DNA from: Octopus sinensis
Taxonomy: Eukaryota
Reading direction: 5' to 3'
Length of the DNA: 64,000 nucleotides
NCBI RefSeq assembly: GCF_006345805.1
Contig: NC_042998.1
Span: 100,254,001 to 100,318,000, forward strand
Positions 1 through 13,302 of this stretch are shown here, one piece after another (within the stretch, counting starts at the first letter, position 1; each line of letters starts with the position of its first letter). A program made the translations under genes and the position numbers. The notes below the pieces were generated by a model. The model was not told the origin of the DNA. It saw only the letters and a program-made list of their open reading frames with translations, and searched no databases.

Positions 1-3000
1 TTATTAACACCTCTACCTCTACCAATTATCACTCAGGATTCTCCTAATTTCTGGATATCTACAGTGACAACTCTAGGAACACTCTCTTTCATTAGTTCAT
101 TAGATCTCTCTGGTTGGGTGACCACTGACAAATTGGCTAAGTCAACCATGGCAGAATTTGAATTCAGAACATAAAGACAGACAAAAGGTCACTAAGCATT
201 TTGTTTAGTGTACTAATGGTTCTGTCAGCTCACTTCCTTAATAATAACAATAATCTTTATCAATGCTATTGCATGCTTGAAGACTGACTGGGTATTTGGA
301 TTGATTTGTGCCACATTCCTAGGCAATCACATGCATTAAGATTTTCTTCCACGCTGATTCTCTTTAACAAATACTAGTCCTGTTTTCTTCTACTTCCTGA
401 ATATGAAGACATTTGCAACAACAGAGAAATAGCAAACCTCTAACAAAAGCCGTCAGATTTATAATCTTACAGTAACTGAGCCTCAGCAAAGTTTACCTCA
501 CCAATGATTAATAGCAGGAACAACATTTGAAGTTTGTGAGATTTTGTTTCAAAACAAGAACTGTAAACTTCCCTACCCAATACTCATAGCAACAATGTAA
601 TATACAAGTATAAACAAAATTTCTTGCATGCAACTCTCTTCATAAACAAAGTCTTTCATTTAATAAAGTACAACAGCTATTAGGTATACTGTTACCATAG
701 TGACTAGATGTTTACTTTTGGTTCAACTAGTTTGGTCTTTGGTTTAATGAACAACACAGTCTGTTGTTTTATGTAATTGTTTTTATAGCAAGGATAATAC
801 ATTCAATACTGATGAGAGAGTGGGGAGACAGAGAGAGAGATAATTGAATTTGAACTGAAAACTATCAGAAAATAAAATCAAAGAAAAAGAAATCTGAAAT
901 AAAAATTCTAGTTTCAGTAAACATAAAACTGTGATTTAGAAAATAAACTGTTTCTTTTATAAATTTGTCAACCAGCAGTTGCTTTAAACATCTAGTAAAT
1001 TGAGATCAAAATATAAAACAGACTAGAAATATCGATTTTAGAAATTTTATGAATTTGTTTTCACTTTTTTTAATGCTAAAAGAAAATAAATGAAAATACA
1101 GAAAACAAAAAAAATTCCAAATAAACCTAGTTGAGAACAAATGCTGGAACATTCATGTAGTAAGTAGGAGGCAAATCATTTAATTATGTCAAGGTGTTAG
1201 CTATAGATATAAAGTGCAGTTAGAGAGTAATTTAGAAATTATAACATATTTGTTAAGTTTATATGTGAAGGGAAAATCTAACTTGCAAGCCTACAAAACA
1301 AACCACTAATGGTTACAGTTAATCTCATAATAATTTTTAATAACTTAGTTATTTTATACTAATCTATAAAAGAAAGACAAAAGAAGTTCCACCCTTTAAA
1401 AAAATGAATATTTGATTTAATTAAGGGTCTATTAAACAGTAGATAAATGAGTACTAAATAATGATAATACATTACAAAAGGCACACGAAATAGCACTTTA
1501 AGTAATTAACTAAAGTACTGAGAAAATACATTTGTGGATAAGTTTGTAAATATATTTACATGAGTGTTTACTAAATGCTAATTTATTTATAAACTTATCC
1601 TAAGCAAGGGTTTGATATAATACCAAAGACAGTAAACAATAGAGACAGCAATATATATAATACATAAGATAGTAAATAGCAATAATAAGATCTCCATGCT
1701 AAGACATGAAGCCTAAGATTTCTCTTCCTAAAAGAGAAATGGCATGTTGACATAGTTACATTTTCCTCAGAAAAATTAGCAGCATATTTGAAATGAAACA
1801 ACTCCAGCTAGGAGTTGAACCAGGAATTGTCAATAGCACTTGTATTTTCCAATGCAATGAAATAAGGAAATAATTAGCATTGGTTATACACAATGAATAC
1901 AACAAACTAACAGTTTCTTAATTAAACCTGGGCTTGTGGTGAATAGGGTTAATATTTTTGTCTCAGGAATACGATAACTAGAATGTTATTAAATTAGCAG
2001 ATGCAGAATATGCATATTTTTGACTAGCCACAGGCAAATTTTTTTTTCGAGAGAGCAATATCATCGACCACAATAACCTAAGCTTACAAATGGTTCAGAT
2101 ACTATACCAGATATAAAAGATAAGACTTTCCCCAGAGAGATTTGAAATCAGAACTTAGAGGTACTTTCCTAACACAAATCTGTGAAATTTCAACTTCAAT
2201 TTAGTTAAGACAATTGACACCCACTTATAATATTTCCTAGAAAAGAATGAACAGAATATGCTTGCCAATAATGACTGAAATCACAATAATAATAAACTGC
2301 ATTTCTATTTTGTCATTTTTTTAGTTAATGTGTGTTTTGCTCCAGCAAACCCAATCAAATATTTGTAGGTAATTTGTAAGTCCAGCATCCCAGTGGCTGG
2401 ATTCAAACCATTTAACCTGTATTATTGCCACAGAATATGCCTATCCTTATTGTGGAGTATCTTAAATTATGAGACTTAATATATGTGATTTCCATTAGCA
2501 CTTTCTTTTAAAAGAAGGGTGCATAGTTTACTTAACTGTACATTACTGATATTCATTTTATTTGAGTATCCAATGGATAAAATGGCAGCTGCAAACAAAC
2601 CAAGAAGATAAGACATTGGAGTGCTAGCTGATGGCTTTGGGATTAAAATTTACTGCAGAGTTTTGGGTTTTTTGAATAACAGTAATCCATTTAACTGCTG
2701 GGAATACATAGGAAATCTTTTAGGTATGCCATCCTAAAATAAAGTAGATTAATCTCTCATTTGCTTCAGATCTTTGGGGACATTTATCATGACATCAACA
2801 ACAGATGAACTTAGGACAATCAAGCAGTCAGTATAAAGGACAGTATAAAGACTACTTCCTTACCAACTGCATTATTCACCAATAAGTTATTATATAATTA
2901 TCATTTGTTTCTTAGTCATAATACACCACACATTTTTTTTTTTATTTCATGGAGCAAATATATTGATTTGTTGACTGCCCTAATATTAGATATCTACCAA

Positions 3001-4316
3001 CCTCTGTTGGGATAAAAGGTTAGATGTAATCAAATGTAAATAGTGAGAGATCAAAACTAAGTACCGTAAATTATTTGGCTTGACTTTATACATTTTATTA
3101 TTAAACACATTAACTGCTAGACAACAGAAAACTAATCAATTCTTTTTACTATGTACTAACGGTATATAATGTATTAACATACGGGATGCCATCTGCTACT
3201 AACAGCATGAGAGGTTACACTTTACTAACAGTATAATGATGTAGCAATACAGGGAAATGAAAATACCAACAGCATTTTTTAATGCAACAACACATGAAAT
3301 ACGATGTTTGACGCATGACTTGGGTGGAGGCACGTTGGACTCACAATCATAAGATTGTGGCTTTGATCCCTGGACTGGGCGATCTATTGTGTTCTTGAGC
3401 AAAACACTTTATTTCACATTGCTCCAGTCCAGGGTTAGCCTGGAGAGGGATGGGCTCTGCCAGGATTTCTTGCTCTGGATACACTGCATGGCTGCAGTGC
3501 CCCAATGACCCCCAAAGGGTTAAGGGATTTGTCAACATAACAACATGTCAGATATTCAAATGTGACTAATAATTTATATTGTAATCACTCATGGGATGTG
3601 ATAACCTCTAATATATATTTCTTTTGGCTACAAGCACTGGGCCTGAAATTTTGGAGGATGATGGGAATAGTCAGTTACATTGACTCCAGTGCTCAAATGG
3701 CACTCTAATATATATCATAAATAATGTACCACTAAAAGTATATCAAATACCAGGTCTACTATAAAATAACTAATATTATAAAATGCACTACCTAGTATGG
3801 TGAGATGTCACTACTGATATATCACATCAAAGCAATAACTTCAAACTTATTAACTCTAACTAACAGTATAACATTTAATATTAACACTCCTTAATATTCT
3901 TAATAGTAAAGCTGGAACTCATTTCAGTGATTTAATTTGTAAATAAACTAGGAAAATGAAAAGAAAAAAAAAACATCTTTAAAATTTAATAATACAAATT
4001 TAAAATAACAAAACACAATGTGTATGTGTGTGTGTGTGTGTGTGTGTGATCAAAAACTTCAAAATCAACCTGAGAAAACAAATAAACAAAATAGATTAAT
4101 TGCAACAATAAAGAAGAGAAACTGAGCATAATGTTAAACATTTAAAATATATGACATCGAGAAAAGAGACAGTGAATAGTGAGATGGCATGCATGGCATA
4201 AGAGCCGAGAAGCAGCAGACTGGAATACCAATACGACATGCAAATATTCTAATTGTATTATATAAATAAATAAATAAATAAACTGGAAAAGAAGAAAATC
4301 ATTACACACACACACA

Positions 4317-4361
<45 letters not shown>

Positions 4362-4677
4362 CATGCATATGTATCTGTGAATACATACATACATACATAC
4401 ATATTTATGTATTCACATATGCATAGTATGAATGTGCTTCTGAATATATACACACGTATGTATGTACTTCTTTTATTGGTTTTAGTCACATGACTGTGAC
4501 TAAGTTGAGGCACCACCTTCAGAAGTGGAGTTTGTTATATTGACCCCGATAGCCGATTCACAAAATAAAAGTGGACCTGGATAGAGTATGGACTCAGACT
4601 GTAAAGGGGCATAACCATATATCACAAAGTATTTTGATTGATGCTCTATCAATTTGGTCAAACTATACACATACATA

Positions 4678-5069
4678 TCTATATATATATAAAAGTGAAG
4701 TTGTGTGAGTGTCTGTCTCCTACGATTTAGATTCCTAACTACTCCCACATTTTGCGGTGCAGTTTAACCAAATTCGGGTATCTTATAGTCGTGATTCCTA
4801 TCGAGCCCGTCTGGGTATTAGCGCGCGTCTACGATGAGTCTACGATTTAAAAAAAAATTTACCATCATTTTTTCCATTTTAATGCATTTTTTCGCTATTA
4901 TATAAGGGAAGTAACTCTCTAAAAATGTCTGCGATGAGTCAACGATTAAAAAAAAAATTACCATAATTTTTTATTCCATTTTTAATGCATTTTTTTGCTA
5001 TAACTCTCTAAAAATGCTTATATAGTTATTTCCCTTACAAACCCGAGCAACGCCGGGCGATACTGCTAG
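4678..5069 (+). mobile_element. Non-autonomous Helitron
   Basis: A|TC 5' end (TCTATATATATAAAAGTG), subterminal hairpin cccgagcaacgccggg, 3' CTAG|T, no TSD. Internal ~90-100 bp tandem duplication (4830-5018). CpG-rich relative to its flanks. Confidence 0.85.
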
Positions 5070-5361
5070 TTTATTTATATAATTATTGTTTGAAATTAAT
5101 GCCAATTGTTTCATATCACCAATACATATTCTCTGTGTGTGTAGACACACACTTTATATGTTGGTTGATAAGGATACCAATGGTTTCATGTAGAGCGAAA
5201 TCTCTCAACAATTATCAACCCAGCCTTATGAGAAGGCTGGTATCCATCTCCATCTTGGATGAGCATGCAGAAGGCTACGTGAGAGTGTATGATATTTGTG
5301 AATAAGTAAATATATATATCATGTGAGGTAACTTATATGAAAATCGTGTGTGTGTGTGTGT

Positions 5362-5612
5362 GAAGGCACATGGCTTAGTGGTTAGGGTGTTGGACTCCTG
5401 ATCGTAAGATTGTGGTTTCAATACAGAGACCAGGTGACCTGTTGTGTTCTTGAGCAAAGCACTTCATTTCACATTGCTCCAGTCCACTCAGTTGTAGAAA
5501 TAAGTTTAGCCTGGCGAGGGATGGGCTCTGCCAAGCTTCTTCATCCAAGATACATTGCATGGTTGCAGCACCCAAACGACCCCCATGGGCTTAAGGGACT
5601 TGCCAATTGTCA
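5362..5612 (+). mobile_element. tRNA-derived SINE family C (gtgttcttgagcaaaacacttt core)
   Basis: A-box tggcttagtgg and B-box-like ggtttcaatac, followed by a CORE/V-like domain. Copies at about 3320-3540(+), 45095-45440(+), 59275-59520(+), 56255-56470(-) and 35640-35880(-). Confidence 0.8.
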
Positions 5613-5680
5613 ATATATATATGTAGATGTATCTTTATAAATATATATATATATATATAGACATATATATATATATATAT

Positions 5681-5774
5681 ATATGAAAGAATGGAGTTGA
5701 ACGACGAATTAACAAAATTCCTTTATAAATAAAGGAATTTTGTTAATTTGTCGTTCAACTCCATTCTTTCATAT
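5681..5774. repeat. Near-perfect 46-bp hairpin embedded in (TA)n
   Basis: atatgaaagaatggagttgaacgacgaattaacaaaattcctttat-aa-ataaaggaattttgttaatttgtcgttcaactccattctttcatat, with a single mismatch (5706/5749). Confidence 0.95.
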
Positions 5775-7416
5775 ATTTATTTAAAAAAAAAAACATACAA
5801 ATTTCCACACGAAAGCACATAACTTCAAACGTGTCTTCTCTGATGTGAATTTGCTACCCAGGTATCGGTTAACCGAATTATACATAACAAGATAATTCAT
5901 TCAACTATTCAAATATATATATATATATCAGTAATCTGAAATCACTGGTATCAATTTCATAAGGTAATTGAAATAAGACACATTATTGAGCATACCTTCT
6001 TTAGTCCACACAGACACACACATATATATATATATGTGTGTTTTGTGTGTGTGTGTGTGTGAGTACATGTGACAACATTTTTTTAAAAGCAAAGTGGTTT
6101 TGGGCAGACATATAAAAGTGAATAAAGATTGTGCGTCTGCATATGAAACAAAAACACTATTTAAAAATGTACATATTTACCAGTATAAATACTAGTTTAC
6201 TTACTACTACAGCAATAACTAGAATTTCAATTTAATTATACACACAGGCACACACATTCATACATACAAACATACCACCTTTCTGAAGAGTAAAAGAAAC
6301 AAGCAATATATAAATTTATATTGGAATCTCAAAGACAATAGATCAGTAGCTGTAAACATTACAAATCTAATAATTATTTCTAAATAATGACTAGGTCATT
6401 AGCATGAGACTATATACTTGTGAAGAGAGATCAGTCAGTCAGGCTGATTCTAGTATTTGACTGGTAACTATCTTTGTCAACTACAGTGGGATTTGAACTC
6501 ACAATATTGAGACACAAAGATGGTGAGCTGGCAGAAGCATCAGCATGCCGGGTGAAATGCTTAGCGGTATTTCGTCTGTCTACGTTCTGAGTTCAAATTC
6601 TGTGGAGGTTGACTTTGGTATATATATTGGTTGACTGGTATATATTACCAGTAATATATTGCGCTTAATTTAAAATTCCTATATTATTTCTAAACTTGCT
6701 AACCTAATGACTATTCAAGGAAATTCCCGAAACAGTATTTTTATCTTTTAAAATACGTAGTTTTAATCTTCAGTAAAATTATACCAATCTAAACATAATT
6801 ACTAAAGTTAGATAAAAAAAAAAATATTCTGTTGAACACAACACTGGACCAAGCACTCAAAGTATATCTCTCCAAAATAAAGCACAGAAAATTCTTATAA
6901 ATATAGGTCAGGGTTAGAATATGAATTAGAATTATTTATAGACAAATTAATCGACCAAACTAATGTATTTAGTGCAACTAGCAAGGTAGGTTATCAGATA
7001 TCCTTATAGTTTGAATATGAGTGGAATGGTTGGGCTATAAAATAACAATGTAACTTATTTGATCAGGATAGTAAGCTGTGAAACAAAAGTAGGTTCTTTT
7101 TTACTCTTATTTTTTTAAGAAATTAGTCAGCCAACCAAACTAGTAAATGTAATGTATATATAGTGATATCAGAAGTTTTCCCATGTAAGTTTTGTTGAGT
7201 CAAAACAGAGGACTTAGGAATGAAATCTTGAGAGAAGTTAGAATTAGAGACAAAGTATTAAATAGTACAGTTTGTAAAATAAAGGATGTTATTTTGTTAG
7301 CAAAGTTAGAAGCTGCTACTGCAAACTCTAGTAGAAGAGAAAAGATAGTAAAGTAATACAGTTTTAGTGGAAAGTGGTTGAGTGTATATACAAAGAGTTA
7401 AATTTGAACAAGGCAT

Positions 7417-7458
<42 letters not shown>

Positions 7459-8834
7459 GAGGAAAGTTTTAACCAGATCAACAGAAAGTTTTTTTTTTTT
7501 TCATACATTACAAAGAGTTAAGCCAGAGAATAATCTTGATCAGCAGTATATTCATTTATCAAGAGTGGAAAAGTTATGCAATACAGTATAAACTGAACAG
7601 ATGAGAGGTTTATGCAATATTTAGTCAGAGCTGAATAATTGGCAAGAACAAATGAAATTAAAGATTTAAAATTATGTAAGTGTTACCCTGACTAAAATAA
7701 AGATTAATTGTGGAGCTATGTAGAAGGATAAATAGAATAATTAAGTTTGAAATAACAGATTGATCTGTGAATCCATTGATATTGTGAAAATAATTGGACA
7801 CTAAAACAAAATATCAATGTAGCAGACTAATTAGAATAGCAATTTGGCTGGATAATTAATCACATACAAATTGTTATGGATATTCAGGATTTTCTATGTA
7901 CCAAAATATTTTCCTACTTTTGTAATCTTTCTCAATTTAATCTTGATGAAAACATGATGATAGCTGCAGGACAAATGGAGAGAGCTTATTCAAAGATAAA
8001 ACATAAACTCACAACTGATAAATGGATGTCTTGGTAATTTATCTATCCATGGCACTCTTCATTTTGAATAATAAGAATTACAATAATCTTTGGAATTCTA
8101 TCATTACTGTGAAGCTCCACACTCTATAATGTAATGTTAAAATATCCAAAACAATTTTAGTGTGGTTAGAATAATATAAACATCAGTAGAAAGAAGTGAA
8201 CTGATAATTTATCACTGCCATATGGTAGAACAATGAATAAAAGAAGAAAAAAAATATTTAATTCATTCAGTCAAGCAAATTGGTCCATGCAAGCTAAACT
8301 GCATCAAAAAACATATTTCATTATTTAGTACTTAGCAGAAGTAAATGGTTATAAAGTAAAACTTTGGAGGGCATAAGGAAACATTCTGGAATGTCAAACA
8401 TTTTTCATGACAAAAAGTCTTGCCATACTCACTGCACTTGTGAAATCAAGGAATTTCTCCTGCATGAGGAAAACAAAAGTTTCTAATGATTAACCAAGAT
8501 CAAACTGATATTCCAAAAGTCTGTATTATAATGAACAAATGTTCACTCAAATATTCTTAAGATAAACAGCTCCTTTGAATGATAACATACTTACCCCCAA
8601 TTTAAGTTGTGCAACACAGGGGCTTGAACACACAGATTTGTGAGTGCAAAATGAAATAAATAAATAAAATAAATAAATAAATAAAATGAAGGTGAAAAAA
8701 AAAGCGGAAAAAAAAGACCATTGATGTGATGATGTCTTGAGAAATAAAGTGGTGCTCAGATATATTGCCAAAGTGTTTTTTGGTAAGTCCATCACTTGTG
8801 TTTGGCAGATTGAGTTTGAAAATGAGATACTTAC

Positions 8835-8939
8835 TGGGTAGTGGGGTCTGAAATGGCATCGGATAAGGCATCAAACTCATCAATTGGCTCCAGAAGGGCA
8901 TCTTCATACAGGTTGAAACTGCTCAGCGTATGGATGATA
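8835..8939 (-). CDS. FRMD4A: Probable FRMD4-like exon, acidic insert in F3: (R)IIHTLSSFNLYEDALLEPIDEFDALSDAISDPTT(Q/H)
   Basis: Strong acceptor (gtctgttccttctctAG) and CA|GTAAGT donor. 105 nt, phase 2-2, open only in the frame required by the 37566 donor (CG|T = R). GC-richer than its flanks. No vertebrate match recalled, so it is assigned by phase and position. Confidence 0.8.
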
Positions 8940-10750
8940 CTAGAGAAGGAACAGACAAGACACCGCACATGGTACAATAGGTAAGAACCTATTAAAATGG
9001 AAGTAAGTGGGGGGCAAGATAACGCCCAACACTGGTTGCAGTTTGGAAATAAAGGAGATGCTGTTTAATCTGCTGTCTCAAATTTAGAAGTTGTTTATCT
9101 ACTGTTAGTTTTTCTAAAAGGAATTATCAGCTAGTATTATTTAGAATTTAGAAGCTACCAGTTTTGTCAAACTCAAACATACAAATTGATTTAAATGACT
9201 ATACTTCTTAACAAAAAAAAAAAGTCTACACTAGAAGCTTAGTTATATGTTCAATCACAAAGTTATTTGAAATGTCAATTCTCTCTGATGATTAAAATTC
9301 TATAAAACTGTTGTAACATAACCAGAACAAATAAAATGCTCAGTAAATTCTACAAGCCAATAAGGGAGCTTCTATACGATTGCCCAACCTGCAAGAGATA
9401 GTAGCCAAATCTCCCTTAAATCACACATTACCATCCTAAGTACAGAAGAATAATGTGGTCCTAGATACAGATAAAGATGGGATATCATGGCTTTTATCAT
9501 AGTTCTGTTGGGTTATGACTGATTTGAGACTAAACAATGACAACTATGAATGCCAGCAAAAATATAAAAGATATTTGCCAATTCTCATATTTCCCTAGCA
9601 AATATCCATACTTCATATAAGTCTTTTGAAAATCAGAAGTGATTGACAATAATAGTAGCATGAAAAATGTACATAAAATATTACTACTAGATCCAAATAA
9701 TGAGAAATTAACATCCCAATAACACTAAGAATTCGATATTTATTTTGGTTGAAATCTCCAGTGGTTGCACTATATGAAAGAAATAGGCAAAAGAATATAT
9801 CTATATATTTTAGCCAACACTGTTTATAATAGATAGATGCAAACATCTTGTCTTTATATGTATTATTTTCATACACAGAAAAAGAGGGATTAGTCGGACT
9901 AGTTTTAATCTTGTGTTGGGATTTCACTAGTAACTAAGTACCATTCTTAACTGTTCATGGAAACAGTGTTTATAAATTCACTATTACTAAGAGCTTCAGT
10001 CAACTGGATAGACTGATTAACTTATATAGGAAATATATTTCCAAATCCATAAGCAATTTTTGCAAGTTGCTTTGTACTTTTCTTAAACTGGTAATATTTC
10101 TTATGATATTAAATCCCAGTCAAACGACTTTTACATATTTGTTTACCAAATCCTCACAGAGAAAGTAATAGCTAATTCCATCAATGTTTCTTGAGTAGAT
10201 TTCAACTTTCAAGAAATGGACACACAAAATTATTCCTTTTGGTGAAATCAACCAAAACACTTTAAAGATATCTAGCTTTTTGACTGCTGGTTAAAGAAGC
10301 ATTTTAATAATAAAATTCTAAAGTTATTGTTTTGACTACATATGCTACAGTTAGTATTAAGCTAATTAAAGTCTAATTTAAGCCAATAGCTTCAGCAATA
10401 ACAATGTAATCTACAAGCAGAATAAGATTTTAAAATAATTATCTATGGCCATGATGATGATTATGTCCAACCCATGCCAGTATGGAAAACAGATGTTAAA
10501 TGATAATGATAAAATATTAGAAGTTTATTGTAAAATGATTAGACAACTAATGCAATTATTTTGATAGTGATTAATAAATACAGCTTTGCAACAACCATTT
10601 CTCACAGACCATGTTTACTGTAATTAACCATTTATCCCAGACTTGTGAATTAACCATGTGATTCCTAACATGATCTCACACATGGTCAACTTGGACAAGT
10701 TTCTTTCATTGAAACTTCAAGTCAAATAATATTTTCTGAGTGGAATATGG

Positions 10751-10930
10751 CAGTACTCGGCAACCTTTTTTTTACTCATGGTACACTTATACTCTTTGCA
10801 AAATTTGGGAGCTGATCTAAAAAATAACTAAAAGTATATGAAAAAAATTATATTCAGGTTACGCTGTGGCACACCTAGCATCATCTCATGGAATACCAGT
10901 GTGCTGTGGCATACCGGTTGCAGAGCACTG
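10751..10930. mobile_element. hAT-type MITE
   Basis: 15-bp TIRs CAGTACTCGGCAACC / GGTTGCAGAGCACTG (2 mismatches), flanked by a perfect 8-bp TSD GAATATGG (10743-10750 and 10931-10938). Confidence 0.88.
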
Positions 10931-13073
10931 GAATATGGCAGACTAACATGTGCATGTGTATCCATCCACATTTACAGGTGTAAAACCGATGTTGTGTCAC
11001 ACAGCACAAATTAGGAGTTCAATAAAAATATGGATCAATAAACTGTATACCAGGCTTCAATAAGTACCAGGACTGATCTGCATTGAGTTAAACTCTTGAA
11101 AATAGTGTCCCAAAGTGGCTGCAGCTAGTAAAATGACAGACTGGGTAATGATGCCTCTATTTTTTAATGATTAACTCATAATAAGAAGACAGCACTATCC
11201 TCTAAAGCATGCCTCTTCCATTTCTTCATTCAACAATAAACAATGCAGTAAACAATCGTTTCCTCCCAAGTGTCCTATTATATATACATTGCTTATCTTA
11301 TAAGATAAACAAGTGTGAAACTGAATATGTTCTTAGTGACAAACACATACAGAGCCATGTATGAAGTCACAGATAAAAAAAAGCCCCGTCCCCATCCCCA
11401 TCCCCCCCCACACCCAAAAGAAAGAAAGAAAGAAGGCAAAAACATGAATACTGCTTTCATAATCCTAAAAGGGGTGAGAACATAGTTAAACTGTTGGTTT
11501 TCTTGCTACTGCAAAATAGCATCAATGTCAGGAACTTCAATTTATTATTTTTTTTTTCCAATTTGCTCTCTCTTTTTTTATATTAATTTTACGATGTGGA
11601 TACAATGAGTCATGTCTAGAATCTACTGTAATTACCATTAACTCATTGCTTCTGATGATTATTTAACAAGACAGTCTGTTTTTAATCTAAGAAATCAAGT
11701 GTAGTTGTAATCAAGTTTTAGTCAGCCACAGTGTCATAAAATGTATATCCCTGTCTTTGCTTGGAATATTATTCTGGATGTTTTTTTAAATTTTTATTTA
11801 GCTCATTTAAGCGAAGATAGTCAAGTAGCATAAATGAATATCAACATACATAATCATTACCTCCCAAGTTATACCACAGTCAAAAAATGTAAATGTAACA
11901 GACTATATTTAACCTAAGATACAAATGTTACTCTATTATTTTATTCTAGAATAAAATTTTATCACAAAATTCTCCACCCCAGTTCTCAAAATCTTATGAA
12001 TAAACTTCATTTGAAACTTTAATAAAAGTCTAAAACCAATTACCAGATCACTAATAAAGGTTAAAATAATTGAGAATAATTATGTTATATACCATTCAAA
12101 ACAAGGCTAATTTTATTATAATGAAGACAATTAAAAAGAAACATATTTCGATATTTATATATTTAGAATAAAAGTTGTTTTATAATAATAATAATGATGA
12201 TGATGATTATGATGTATAACTACATATTAATTTATATTATGGAGCTTCAAAAGACTGACATTTGTCTAATAGATAGCTTGCAAAATGACATTAGCTAACC
12301 GAGCTACTTAAAAAAAATCCAATAGCTATGACAGTTTAGCATTTACATTTTTGACATGAAATTTTCTAAAAAGGAAAAAGACCATGGGCAGTGCTTGACA
12401 ATTGGTGATGGAACTGGCTTAGGGTTACTCAAATGAAATGGGGTTGAATGGTAGAATGGTAGGAACATTTTTAGATGCTAAGAGTTAAAGCTCTTAGCAT
12501 CTAAAAATATTGATATAACCGTTTTGATGATTGGAAAAAAAATTAATGAAATACAAATAATATTTGAAATGTCACAAACATGTTCTTTTTTCATTTTTTA
12601 TTTCTCTCCAAAGAATTCAGGTTAATCTGTAAAGTACAGATCAAGATTTGTGCTGAACAGAGAACTCCAGGACATGCTGTGATATGACCTATGCAGCTTA
12701 TGGCGCCCACAAATCTAACTTATAAATTTATCTAGAGCAAATACTGATCAGTAGAATATAAACAATAAACCATTGAAAAATGCACCATTTGCTTTACAGG
12801 AGAATAACCACAGTAAACACATCTATTCCTCTACCTCCCCTTACTCTCTCTCACATACATCTTCATAATGTACTTCTTTGAATGAAGATATTTGCCAATG
12901 GAAAAGTTCAGAAATATAAAAACCCTTATCAGATGACTGGGGCACTCAGATGACCCATCACTTTTCTACAAGAAAGAAAACAAGACTGATCTCTTCAACA
13001 CACACACATACTAATATACATCTATATGCAGGATCTCCCATGTTCTGAAAATGTTACTGTAATGCAAAATCCT

Positions 13074-13302
13074 TTAACCTCTTATCATTTAAGCCAGCCA
13101 TATCAGGCCCAAATATTCTACTTTCTTTTATGTTCAAACTAACCACATCCAGACTCTTGCACCAACCCTACAATGTCATTCTAAAAATAAACAATCACAT
13201 CATCAAAATCTCGAAGCTACAAGATCATGCATAATTAATTCAAAACAATTTAAATAAATAAGTATTACATTTGGCAGAGTAATGTGAATGCTAAAGGGTT
13301 AA
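13074..13302. mobile_element. piggyBac-type MITE (TTAA ends)
   Basis: TTAA-cctcttatcatt ... aatgctaaaggg-TTAA. A partial copy of the same family lies at about 42450-42597, and a related TTAACCC-start element at about 31783-31995. Confidence 0.72.

Noticed and set aside
1595-1801. 68-aa hydrophobic ORF (TTG start)
   Set aside because: No convincing splice pair or homology; hydrophobicity is expected from AT-rich sequence.
2665-2713. Possible terminal exon (Q)MAYLKDFLCIPSS* after the 8835 donor
   Set aside because: The expected next FRMD4 exon (xSVxRRTFG) is absent and probably lies beyond position 1. This segment may be part of a degenerate inverted repeat (about 2335-2715).
9284-11720. Isolated CTGATGA hits at about 9284 and 11655 (also ctaatga..gaaac at about 6704)
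   Set aside because: Stems I and II do not form, or GAAA is broken; consistent with chance in AT-rich DNA.
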